64,000 nt of DNA from a virus (taxonomy: Duplodnaviria > Caudoviricetes), in IMG/VR virus record IMGVR_UViG_2788500332_000006, positions 1 through 64,000 of that record; one strand, given 5' to 3'. Below the pieces are notes generated by a model that saw only the letters and a list, made by a program, of their open reading frames with translations, searched no databases and had not been told where the DNA came from. Numbering within the stretch: position 1 is the stretch's first letter; each line of letters begins with the position of its first letter. Shown here in pieces: positions 17,341 through 25,780 of the stretch. The position numbers were made by a program, and so were the translations under genes.

Positions 17341-17976
17341 TCAGAGCTTGGTGCGGGAGATGTACGCGCCGAGCCGATAGGTGCCGTCGAGCGGCACGCC
17401 GTCGGAAAGGCGGATTTGGCGTGAATGACCGAAGTCGACGCGGATCTCGGTCTCCGGTGCCTTGGCGGCGCGCAAGGCGGCGAGGCACCGATTGAATGGC
17501 TCGCGACTCGGCGTCTTCAGGCGAGCGCGGCCGAGCACGCCGCGCCGCATGACGAGGGCGCGTGGCGGTTTCTGGGTGGCGACCCTGACAAGGTAGCGCG
17601 CCAGGAAAGGCGCATGCCCGATCGGCGTCCGACCGATGATCGCCCGCCCCATCACGAAACGCGCCGGATAGGCAACAGCATCGACGAGCGTGCCGTCGAC
17701 ATAGGTGAGGTAGCGCACGGCGCCATCGCGGACGCCGACCAGCCAGCAGTCGGTGAGCGAGGCCGAGATCACCTCGCGCTTGCGCGCCTCGCTCCAGTCC
17801 GAGAACCACAACCGAACGCCATCATGCACCGCAAGGAACGGCAGCAGGTCGGCCGGCGCGGTCGCCGGATCGAGCGCCTCGCGTAGCGGTACCGGCAGGG
17901 TGTCGGTCATCGCTTTGGCGAGGGCGATGTCGAAAGGAGCGGCCGAGGCCGGCAGTAGATCGGCGGCGGAGGTCAT
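17341..17976 (-). CDS. Baseplate wedge / tail protein I (P2 GpI)
   Basis: LLP..., DPATAPADLLPFLA...W..DWSEARKR. Confidence 0.88.
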   Translation of the reverse strand: MTSAADLLPASAAPFDIALAKAMTDTLPVPLREALDPATAPADLLPFLAVHDGVRLWFSDWSEARKREVISASLTDCWLVGVRDGAVRYLTYVDGTLVDAVAYPARFVMGRAIIGRTPIGHAPFLARYLVRVATQKPPRALVMRRGVLGRARLKTPSREPFNRCLAALRAAKAPETEIRVDFGHSRQIRLSDGVPLDGTYRLGAYISRTKL

Positions 17977-18881
17977 CCAGACACCTCCACGGTGAGCGAG
18001 ATCTGCCCCGGAACGGGGATGGCATAGGGATCGGCGGCGATGTCGGCCGCCGGCGCCGTCAGATCGACGCGGGTCACCGACGTGCCATAGGCGGCACCCT
18101 CCAGCGCGTTCACCGGCACTTCGGCACCGATGGTCATGCGCGCCGCGCCGGCGGCAAGGATGCGGGCGACGGCCTCGAGCCTCACGGCCTCGGCGTCGGG
18201 GCCGCTCGGCACCGTCACCCGGCCGACCATGTCGTAGACGTTGCGCGTCGCGCGCAGGACCGAGACGCTGGTCGCTTCCGGCTTGACGGAGGTCGACGTG
18301 CAGGCAGTGCGTACGGCCGCCAGTTCCTCGTCCGTCGCATCGCGGCCGTCGGGGCCGGCGATGACGATATCGACGTCTCCCTTGCGACCGTGTACAGATC
18401 GGCCGTTCACGCGGCCGGCCAGCATGGTCGGCCACGCGGTCATCGCCTCGTAGAGGTAGCGGTCGGTCGAGCCAGCGGCCGGCCGCGTGAAGGCCAGCAG
18501 ATAGCGTTGCAGGAGCCGAGCGTCGGTCTCCATCACCGCTTCGGTGGTGTCCGTGCCGGCGACGACGGTCAGGCGCTCGACGCCGATCCGCGCAACGATG
18601 TTGTCCAGGTCGTCGCCCGCGGCGAGCGGCGCCAGCACGGCGCGGATCACATCGTTGACGCGCTGGCGGTCGAGCAGGCGCAGATAGGTCCAGGCCTCGG
18701 AGACGATAGCGGCCGGGTCCGTCTCCAGGCCGCCAACGTTCCATTCGGGCAGAGTGGGGTCTTTGACTCGCTCGGTGGCCCAGGCCACGGCGAAGCGATC
18801 GAGAAACGCCGTCTGCAACGTCTCGTAGTCGAGCGTCTCGATGATGGTCGGCGGCGGCAGGCGAGAGGTATCGATTGCCAT
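17973..18881 (-). CDS. Baseplate assembly protein J
   Basis: ID.S.LPPP.IIE.LDYE, A.GDDLD, ETDARL..R, AGS...Y. Confidence 0.93.
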   Translation of the reverse strand: MAIDTSRLPPPTIIETLDYETLQTAFLDRFAVAWATERVKDPTLPEWNVGGLETDPAAIVSEAWTYLRLLDRQRVNDVIRAVLAPLAAGDDLDNIVARIGVERLTVVAGTDTTEAVMETDARLLQRYLLAFTRPAAGSTDRYLYEAMTAWPTMLAGRVNGRSVHGRKGDVDIVIAGPDGRDATDEELAAVRTACTSTSVKPEATSVSVLRATRNVYDMVGRVTVPSGPDAEAVRLEAVARILAAGAARMTIGAEVPVNALEGAAYGTSVTRVDLTAPAADIAADPYAIPVPGQISLTVEVSG

Positions 18882-18933
18882 TGTGGCTCAGGCCTCTATC
18901 CGTTTGGGAAGGTGACCAGAGAGCCGGGATGGC

Positions 18934-19338
18934 TTAGCTCGACGCGGCCTCTGCGATCGTGTAGGCGATTTGGGCGGCGGCTGGATTGCTGTAGTCGCCG
19001 AGGTGACCGTTCTCGAAGAACACCCCTGAGAGAAGAATGGTCACTTGCCCCGGCTCGCTCGCGTCCAGTTTGGTCCGGAGCAGAACGAACCCCGGTTCGC
19101 CATATTGATGGCCCTCGACTTCACGCGGCTCCAGCGCTTCGGCAATGCCGACGTAGATGTCGAGGATCGCCTCCTGGTTTTGCGGGCGGTCAACGAGCCG
19201 GGGCAGGACGCTGCCAAAGCCACGGCGTTGCGCCCGCTCCCGCAGTTCGGTGTTGAGGATGGTCTTGATGCTCTGCACGCAGTGCGGCCAGCCCATCAAC
19301 ACCTGCCCCGTCCTCGCGTCGACTCCGACGCGCGCCAT
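18934..19338 (-). CDS. Baseplate protein W / gp25 family
   Basis: GVDARTG, H..QSI..IL.T, RR.FGS.LP.LVD.P. Confidence 0.88.
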   Translation of the reverse strand: MARVGVDARTGQVLMGWPHCVQSIKTILNTELRERAQRRGFGSVLPRLVDRPQNQEAILDIYVGIAEALEPREVEGHQYGEPGFVLLRTKLDASEPGQVTILLSGVFFENGHLGDYSNPAAAQIAYTIAEAASS

Positions 19339-19520
19339 CAGGTGTCATCTTTCTTCGGCGCTGGCGACGCTTTGTCTTTTGCGGGCGGCGCGCTGGTGAT
19401 CTGTCCGGCGAGGAGCGGATACTTGGCACGGGCCTCCGACAGCGCGCCGATCTTGTCACCGACCTTGCGGTACTTGCCCTCGATGAAGCCTTCGGCGGCG
19501 GCGTAATAGATCGTGTCCAT
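19338..19520 (-). CDS. 60-aa hypothetical protein (paralogue of 21276-21458)
   Basis: Coupled to GpW; FIEG.YRK.G..I..LSEARA motif. Confidence 0.75.
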   Translation of the reverse strand: MDTIYYAAAEGFIEGKYRKVGDKIGALSEARAKYPLLAGQITSAPPAKDKASPAPKKDDT

Positions 19521-19529
19521 GCTCGGTCC

Positions 19530-20075
19530 TCAGTGCGGGGTTTTCGTGTCGTCCGTGCCAGTGACCACGCCACCGTGGACGTGGGTTGAATCGACGGGGA
19601 CACCGTTGTTGATGATTGAGCCGGTCGTCGTGATGTCGCCGTCGATCACCACGTTGGCCTTGATCCTGAAGGTCCCGGTCTCGATGTCGTAGGTCGTGGC
19701 GGTTCCGAAGATCTTGGTGCCGCCGATGATCCGACCGAACCCGTTCCCGTCGCTCGACGGGTGGGTTGCGTCATCGGTATATCCGCCCGGTAAGAGCACT
19801 GCCCTGCCGACGTTTCCACCGGGCGAGACCAGCAGCATGCGCTGCCCGGCCTTCGGAGGCTCCCAATCCAAGACGGTTCCGGCTTGGGTGACCCACGGCA
19901 CTTCCACGGATTCGAGCCCTTGAGCTTCGACGACGGCGACCTTCTTCTCCGTGTCCACCGAAAGAACACGAGCCTCCCGGACCAGATTGTTCTGCCCGAC
20001 CCTCAGGTCTTCGATGGTGCGCTCAAGAAGTTCGATGCGCTCAAGCAGGCCGGCGAACAACTGGGAGGCGCTCAT
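19530..20075 (-). CDS. Baseplate spike / assembly protein V
   Basis: PW..AG...W.PP..G....L.SPGG; C-terminal H.HGGV. Confidence 0.9.
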   Translation of the reverse strand: MSASQLFAGLLERIELLERTIEDLRVGQNNLVREARVLSVDTEKKVAVVEAQGLESVEVPWVTQAGTVLDWEPPKAGQRMLLVSPGGNVGRAVLLPGGYTDDATHPSSDGNGFGRIIGGTKIFGTATTYDIETGTFRIKANVVIDGDITTTGSIINNGVPVDSTHVHGGVVTGTDDTKTPH

Positions 20076-20857
20076 TGCTCGTCTCCGCTGTCGTCGAAGA
20101 TCCTGATGCCGCTCGGAAGCGGGCCAGACTGGCTGATGGGGCGGCCGAGAATGGAGGCAACCCGCGCCGGCCACCCGATGGACTGCATCAGGCGGGCGTT
20201 GTCGCTGAGGGCCGCCGGGGCGGTCATCATCGCCCGGATATCATCGACACGATCGGCGTAGTCCTGGAAGGACTCGAGCCTCGTGAGAAAGGCTTCGACC
20301 TGCGGAGGAATTTTCCCGGAGGCGAGGTCGCGAACCGCCTTAGTTTCCAGGGTGATCTGCCGGGCGGCGAGCCGCTGCCCGCCCTCCCAGGACGCGCCGC
20401 GGCGGCTCACCGCGCTTTCATAGGAGGGACAGAGGTAAGAGAATAGGTCGGACGCGACGTTGCCCGCCGCAAGCGCCCGGAACACCTGCGTCTCGAAGAT
20501 GTCAAGGGACGTCTCGAGTTCGGAGTCGGTGAGCGGATACCTCGCCTCGTAGATCGGCGGGGCACTCGCCGGCGCTCCTTTCGGCGGCTTCTGGCGCTGG
20601 AATTGAACGACGATCAGTTCGATGGTGACCGTCATCAACCGCTGCTTCATGGTACCGCCGGAATAGTTCCAGTGGTCCTTGTCGTAGTCGGTGTAGATCG
20701 CGCACATCGGGTAGACGATGTCTTCCTTCGAATCCTCGATCGGTTCGATCTTGGAGTCGTAGATGTGCTCCCCTGCCATCGTAGGATATGGGTCCTCGCC
20801 GAAGTTATTCAGCGCGCAGACACCCGCGAGGCGGGCCAACAGCCGGGTCATGCTCAT
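20072..20857 (-). CDS. Hypothetical neck/tail-terminator protein
   Basis: Position between head-tail joining gene and baseplate V. Confidence 0.6.
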   Translation of the reverse strand: MSMTRLLARLAGVCALNNFGEDPYPTMAGEHIYDSKIEPIEDSKEDIVYPMCAIYTDYDKDHWNYSGGTMKQRLMTVTIELIVVQFQRQKPPKGAPASAPPIYEARYPLTDSELETSLDIFETQVFRALAAGNVASDLFSYLCPSYESAVSRRGASWEGGQRLAARQITLETKAVRDLASGKIPPQVEAFLTRLESFQDYADRVDDIRAMMTAPAALSDNARLMQSIGWPARVASILGRPISQSGPLPSGIRIFDDSGDEQ

Positions 20858-21273
20858 GTCTGGGCTCCCTGCTGAAGCAACCGGAGAACGATGCGCGACA
20901 AGCCGTCGGGCTCCGAGCTGACGACGTCAAAATCGGGAAGGTCGTCGTTGTCGGGAAAGGAAACGACGTCCCCCTGCTTCGGAATCCATCCGGAGGAGAA
21001 ATACCGCCGGTCGACGGATATCTGCGGATCGCGGCCGACCTGATTGGTCCGGAGGTCGTTGCCCTCGCGGTAGCTCTTTCGAACGCCGAGCTGAAGGCCG
21101 AACTCCACCGACAGGGAGTCGAAAATACCGTAGCCGTCGACAGGTTCTCTGCCCGGGTCTTCGGACGGCCTTCCGTTCGGCGTCCGCGCCATTGGCGTCA
21201 GAATGAAGCGGATCTTGTTGACGCGGTCGACCGTCCGGCTCGCCAGGCGGTCCAGACGGTCGAACACGGACAT
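20854..21273 (-). CDS. Head-tail joining protein (gpFII-like)
   Basis: Position; P.QGD, EPDG C-terminal pattern. Confidence 0.65.
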   Translation of the reverse strand: MSVFDRLDRLASRTVDRVNKIRFILTPMARTPNGRPSEDPGREPVDGYGIFDSLSVEFGLQLGVRKSYREGNDLRTNQVGRDPQISVDRRYFSSGWIPKQGDVVSFPDNDDLPDFDVVSSEPDGLSRIVLRLLQQGAQT

Positions 21274-21275
21274 GA

Positions 21276-21458
21276 TCAGGCCTCCGACTTCTTGGCACGA
21301 GAGGTCTTTGCCGTCACTTCGGCCGACGCGTCGGGATCGATGATCTGTCCGACATCGAGGTAGATCTGGGCGCGCGCCTCGCTGAGGCGGATCGGCTCGC
21401 CCTTCTTGCGGTAGTCGCCCTCGATGAAGGTGTCGATCGCGATGGTGTAGGTCTTCAT
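21276..21458 (-). CDS. 60-aa hypothetical protein (paralogue of 19338-19520)
   Basis: GGAG RBS; FIEG.YRK.G..I.LSEARA motif. Confidence 0.75.
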   Translation of the reverse strand: MKTYTIAIDTFIEGDYRKKGEPIRLSEARAQIYLDVGQIIDPDASAEVTAKTSRAKKSEA

Positions 21459-21476
21459 GGCCTGCGCTCCCGCCGA

Positions 21477-21809
21477 TCAGAAGGAAGCGTTCAGGCGCAC
21501 GCGACCGACGCCACTCGGGTTGGCGGCCGCCGCAACGGCGATGCCGACCTTCGTGTTGTCCGTCGAGGTAACGGTCATGACCCCGGCGGCGGTAGCGTAA
21601 ATGGGGGCGCCCTCCGTCCAGGCCTCGGCCGAGTTCTTGGTCAACTCGAACACGCCGCCAGAGACGTCGAGGTCGAACTTCTCGCCCGCGTCGGCGCTGC
21701 CACAGGCGACGCCGAAAGCCGAGCCGATGAAGTAGAAGTTGCCGCCGATGACGCCGCCGACGGGCGCCGTAAGGGTGAGTGTCTTGCCCGGTTGAATGAA
21801 ATTCTTCAT
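21477..21809 (-). CDS. Capsid cement/decoration protein (DUF2190)
   Basis: MKNFIQPG.TLTLTAP, FGVA, GVFEL.K, VRLN. Confidence 0.9.
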   Translation of the reverse strand: MKNFIQPGKTLTLTAPVGGVIGGNFYFIGSAFGVACGSADAGEKFDLDVSGGVFELTKNSAEAWTEGAPIYATAAGVMTVTSTDNTKVGIAVAAAANPSGVGRVRLNASF

Positions 21810-21821
21810 GGGGATCTCCGC

Positions 21822-21851
21822 AAAAGAAAGGCGCCGGTGTTACCCGGCGCC
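21822..21851 (-). terminator. Terminator after the major capsid gene
   Basis: GGCGCCGG/CCGGCGCC hairpin plus TTTCTTTT. Confidence 0.7.
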
Positions 21852-21880
21852 GTTGATGTGCTGTGGTTCGCTGCGGCCGA

Positions 21881-24028
21881 TCAGTCGCCCGGGTTCTTCA
21901 CGCCGAAACGGTAGTCGGTCAGGCCAGCGCCGAAGTAGTGATCGATGCGGAACTCGATACCGTCGTAGTCGAAGCCGACGCGCTGCTCGCGACGCGGCGT
22001 CTCGTGGCCGGACAGCAGCGCATACTGCAGGCCGCGCCCCATCGTCGACACCTGGTCGGCGAACAGGAACCAAGCCTTCGCCGACAGCTTGTTGATGCGG
22101 GGCTCGTAGACCGGGACCAGCGACCGGATCGCCTGGGGGGTAATGTCCGCAACCTGCGTCGCGTTGAAGGCACCGGTGGTGATCCGCTGCGCGGTCATCT
22201 CGTAGGCGGTGCCGGTGAACAGGTACTTGGGCTCGATATCGATCAGCTCGTCGTCGATATCCGTCTGCTCACGGAACTTCAGCCGCGCGACCTCGAGATT
22301 CGCCACCGAGAGCGCCGTACCGGGGACGAGGTTCTTGTGGTTCGCGTGGAAGAGATCGACGTTGTCCTTCAGCTTCTTGTTCTTGATGATGACGCCCCAG
22401 GTGATGTCGCCCTCGAGCTTGGCGGCCTTGTGACCCCAGCCCTCGATCAGCTTCATGAAGGCGCCGAGCTTGTCGTTGATCAGGATCGCCTCGGTCAGGC
22501 CGAACACCTTGCCGTAGTGGCCGATGGTGAAGCCTTCCTTGCTCTCCTTCGCGGTGCCGCGCGTATACTCGCCGCTCTCGGTGATGTCTTCGAGATCAGG
22601 CGCGTTGCCGAGTTCGAGCACCGTCACCTCTTTCAGGTCGGGCACGATGTTACGGCTGGCGATGAGGCCGAAGGTATTCAGGTAGCCCTGATACCCGGCC
22701 AGAAGCCGCTGGTTGGCGACGTCCCCGAGGATGATCGGGAAGTCGGTCGTCGACTGCAGGGCGCGACGCAGAATCTCGAGGTTGTCGCCGCGGCCACTCA
22801 TGCCGTTCGCCATCAGGAGGTCGCGGGCGATCTCGACCGGGCTCATGTTGCGCCACTGGTTGGCACCGGGCTCGAGGTTCTCGACCATGCCGTTGCGGTG
22901 CATGATCGCGTTGGCGACGAGCTTGCGGGTAGTCTCCTGCGCGTCCATGCCGCCGGTCTCCACGTGGGGAAAGGTCTGCGCGCGGCCTTGCCGCTCGACC
23001 AACTTGTCGAACATGGCGGCGCGGAACGCGTCGACCGTGGTGCCACCGTCGACGGCCGTGTCGACCACCGTCTGCTCCAGGCCGGCCCGCTTGCCGAGCG
23101 AGCGGATTTCCGTCACGCGGGCAGTCTCGGCCCGGCGAGCCTCGTCGACGATCTTCTGCACGTCGGCGGTGGTGAGCGGCGCGGTATTGCCAACGGCAGC
23201 GCGACGCTGCTCCTCGTCCCGACGCGCATCCTCGGCAGCGCGGGTCTCGCGCTCCGCATCGGCGGCGGCACGGCTGGCGGCCTCGTCTTCCGCGTCGTAG
23301 ACCTTGATCAGGCGCTCGCGGAGCTGGTCGTCGCTCTCGTTGTCCTGGCGGGTCAGGCCTGCGCCGAGGGCAAGAGCATCGAGCTGGGTACCGTTGAAGG
23401 TCTTGGCGGCGTCACGCTTCTTCATGGGAAAATTCTCCTCGACCTTGGGCTCGTTCTCGACGGCGCCCCGGGTCACGATTTCAACTTCGTAGGCTTCTTG
23501 CGGCTCAGACCGCGAGTGCGCGCCGGCGTCGGCCGGGATGGGAACCGCGGACAGCTCCATCGGCTCCCAGTCGATCGCCCGGTAGGTAGGCATCTGCCCT
23601 TCCTCGCCGGTCGACTTTTCATACTTGTGGACCCGGTACCCGACAGAGATCGGGACGGGAATCTCGTCTTTGAGATCCTGAAAGATCTGCTCGCCGAGCG
23701 CGTTCCGCGAAAGCTTGACGGTGGCGGAAGCCTCGCCGTCTTCGATCCTGACGGACCCCCTGACCACCGCACCGAGGCGGGAGGCCATAGACCAGCCTTC
23801 GTGGGTGTCCAGAAAGGACATGCCGTTCTGAAACCGGCCGAGGCGGATGGCCTTCGGGTCCATGGAGAGCTCCTCCATGTACCAGCCGTCCTTGCCCCAA
23901 TCGTACCGCTTCACCTTCGCGCCGGTGGACCAGATCACCTCGACGGTGCGTTCAGCCTCGTTGAAGGTGCCGGCGCGGACCCTGACGGCACTACGGCCGA
24001 GATCCACCCGCATCTTTCGATTTGTCAT
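21881..24028 (-). CDS. Prohead protease / scaffold / major capsid fusion protein
   Basis: Protease motifs LDTH, ISVGY, WEP.ELSAVPIPAD; capsid STTDFP..L, GEY, INDKLGAF, DYRF..KNPG. Confidence 0.92.
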   Translation of the reverse strand: MTNRKMRVDLGRSAVRVRAGTFNEAERTVEVIWSTGAKVKRYDWGKDGWYMEELSMDPKAIRLGRFQNGMSFLDTHEGWSMASRLGAVVRGSVRIEDGEASATVKLSRNALGEQIFQDLKDEIPVPISVGYRVHKYEKSTGEEGQMPTYRAIDWEPMELSAVPIPADAGAHSRSEPQEAYEVEIVTRGAVENEPKVEENFPMKKRDAAKTFNGTQLDALALGAGLTRQDNESDDQLRERLIKVYDAEDEAASRAAADAERETRAAEDARRDEEQRRAAVGNTAPLTTADVQKIVDEARRAETARVTEIRSLGKRAGLEQTVVDTAVDGGTTVDAFRAAMFDKLVERQGRAQTFPHVETGGMDAQETTRKLVANAIMHRNGMVENLEPGANQWRNMSPVEIARDLLMANGMSGRGDNLEILRRALQSTTDFPIILGDVANQRLLAGYQGYLNTFGLIASRNIVPDLKEVTVLELGNAPDLEDITESGEYTRGTAKESKEGFTIGHYGKVFGLTEAILINDKLGAFMKLIEGWGHKAAKLEGDITWGVIIKNKKLKDNVDLFHANHKNLVPGTALSVANLEVARLKFREQTDIDDELIDIEPKYLFTGTAYEMTAQRITTGAFNATQVADITPQAIRSLVPVYEPRINKLSAKAWFLFADQVSTMGRGLQYALLSGHETPRREQRVGFDYDGIEFRIDHYFGAGLTDYRFGVKNPGD

Positions 24029-25553
24029 TGCTTGTCCCACCTTGCGATGTGGATTGACCTTGGAACTGGCCGTTCTTGGAGACGTGCGCGACGTCGTAGT
24101 CGAAGAGCAGCTTGACCTTCGACTTGGCGATCATGTCGAACCACTCGACGAACTCGTTGAAGACCGTCTGCGGTGCCCGGCCCGTCTTGGAGATCACTTC
24201 CTGCGGCGAGCGCTTGCCGATGCGCATTTCGAGCTCATCGGCCTGGGCATCTTCGTAGCGGCTGAGGGATTCAATTTCTGGCGGCGTCCACTCGACGCCG
24301 ACTTCCAGGTCCATCGGGATTTTGCCGGCCAACTTGGCAGCATCAATGAACCAATCCCACATGCGCTGAAGAGCCAGAGGGATCATGTAGTGCCACTGCA
24401 CATGCTCCACGAAGATCTTATAGGCGAGCAACCCCAACTTGCCGGAAGCAAAGTTGGCCTGGCTGAAATCGCCCGTCAGTAGCTCGTAGGGTATGCGCAA
24501 GCCGGCGGCGATCACCCGGTGCCGGACGCGGATGTAGGTCTCGATGCCGGCCGTCGCCGCCGGCGTGTTGAAGCGAATGTCCTTGCCGCCATGGGCGACC
24601 ACGAACATACCCGGCTCCATCCGCTGAACGGGATTGCCGTTGGGGTCTTTCAAGATCGGATCAGTGCCGCCCACAACCTGATTGTTCGGGTCGTAATCGG
24701 GTGTGCCGGGGATGACGACACCAACGAGGCAGGATTCCGCCTTCTTGCGCACGTTCTCCGCAAACTCGTAGTCAGCGAGATTGTACAGGTCAGTTGTCAC
24801 TGACGAGAGCCACGTCACCCCGTGGACCTGATTGTTATCCGCCTCGAAAAGATGGGCGATCTGATCGGCCGGGATGAATCCACTGTCCCGCACCGTTGCG
24901 GTCCAACCACCGGTATTCGACCCGGGCGCGTCGGGGAACATCCAATACCCCTTGCGCTGGTTAAGTGGACTGAATGCGACGCCCTGGACGGTCTTACCGC
25001 CAACATCAAATCCATTCTTGCTCCAGTCACACATCGTGGCTGAGAGGATCTCGACCTGGAGCGGAACGGGGAGACCGTCCGACAGCCGGCGATCACGGCG
25101 GCGAGCATAGACCTCACCGTCGCCAACCATCATCTTCGCCATCTTGTGGCAGCCACCGTAGAAGTCGAGGCCGTCCACGAAGGCGACTTTCGTCCACTTG
25201 TCGAATAGATCGTTGATGAGCTTTTCCGATTCCGCGTTGCCTGTCTTGGCGCGCGGAATGATGCCCGTCCCCACGATGTAATCGGCGTGTTTTGAATCCG
25301 CGTTCTTTGCCAATGGATTGTTGCGCAAAAGATCAGCGGCACGCGCACGCAAGGGGCGGCCATTCATCCCAATGACCCAGTTGGGATCAGCTTCATCGGC
25401 GGACCATCCGCCGCCGATGCGGCCAGTCGATGCTCCGTCGTAGGCAGCCCGTGCCTTTTCCTGCACCTCCATCATACGACGGTAGGCGAGGCGCTCTGCC
25501 CCAGCCCTCGGGCTGAAGAACCCGATGGTCCTGTCGAGAATGTTGCCTGCCAT
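23991..25553 (-). CDS. Portal protein, lambda family
   Basis: YDGAS, LRARA.DL.RNN, DGEV, YELLTGDFSQANFAS. Confidence 0.93.
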   Translation of the reverse strand: MAGNILDRTIGFFSPRAGAERLAYRRMMEVQEKARAAYDGASTGRIGGGWSADEADPNWVIGMNGRPLRARAADLLRNNPLAKNADSKHADYIVGTGIIPRAKTGNAESEKLINDLFDKWTKVAFVDGLDFYGGCHKMAKMMVGDGEVYARRRDRRLSDGLPVPLQVEILSATMCDWSKNGFDVGGKTVQGVAFSPLNQRKGYWMFPDAPGSNTGGWTATVRDSGFIPADQIAHLFEADNNQVHGVTWLSSVTTDLYNLADYEFAENVRKKAESCLVGVVIPGTPDYDPNNQVVGGTDPILKDPNGNPVQRMEPGMFVVAHGGKDIRFNTPAATAGIETYIRVRHRVIAAGLRIPYELLTGDFSQANFASGKLGLLAYKIFVEHVQWHYMIPLALQRMWDWFIDAAKLAGKIPMDLEVGVEWTPPEIESLSRYEDAQADELEMRIGKRSPQEVISKTGRAPQTVFNEFVEWFDMIAKSKVKLLFDYDVAHVSKNGQFQGQSTSQGGTSNDKSKDAGGSRP

Positions 25554-25780
25554 CAGAGCCCTTTCCCGAAGCTCGTGAAGATCACGCCCTGCTTCGTGGT
25601 TCGGCCTACGCCGAGACTGGACTCCAGGTCGGAGATGGTCTCCCGCATTTCCGCCGCCGACTGATAGGTCACGTCGCGGTCGCGGAATCGGACCCTGTAG
25701 ACGCCGCTGAACAGGGCCTCCTGCAGATCGCGCAGCAGATCCTGCTTCTCGGCGGCCGTCAGGCCAATGAGGTCGCTCAT
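25553..25780 (-). CDS. Head completion protein (lambda gpW-like)
   Basis: AL.SG...V.F.DR.VTY.S..EM; between TerL and portal. Confidence 0.85.
   Translation of the reverse strand: MSDLIGLTAAEKQDLLRDLQEALFSGVYRVRFRDRDVTYQSAAEMRETISDLESSLGVGRTTKQGVIFTSFGKGL

Noticed and set aside
11419-24115. Long opposite-strand ORFs (e.g. 11419-13065, 21863-24115; also 42531-44591, 60816-61991)
   Set aside because: Antisense shadows of genuine high-GC genes; no motifs or RBS.
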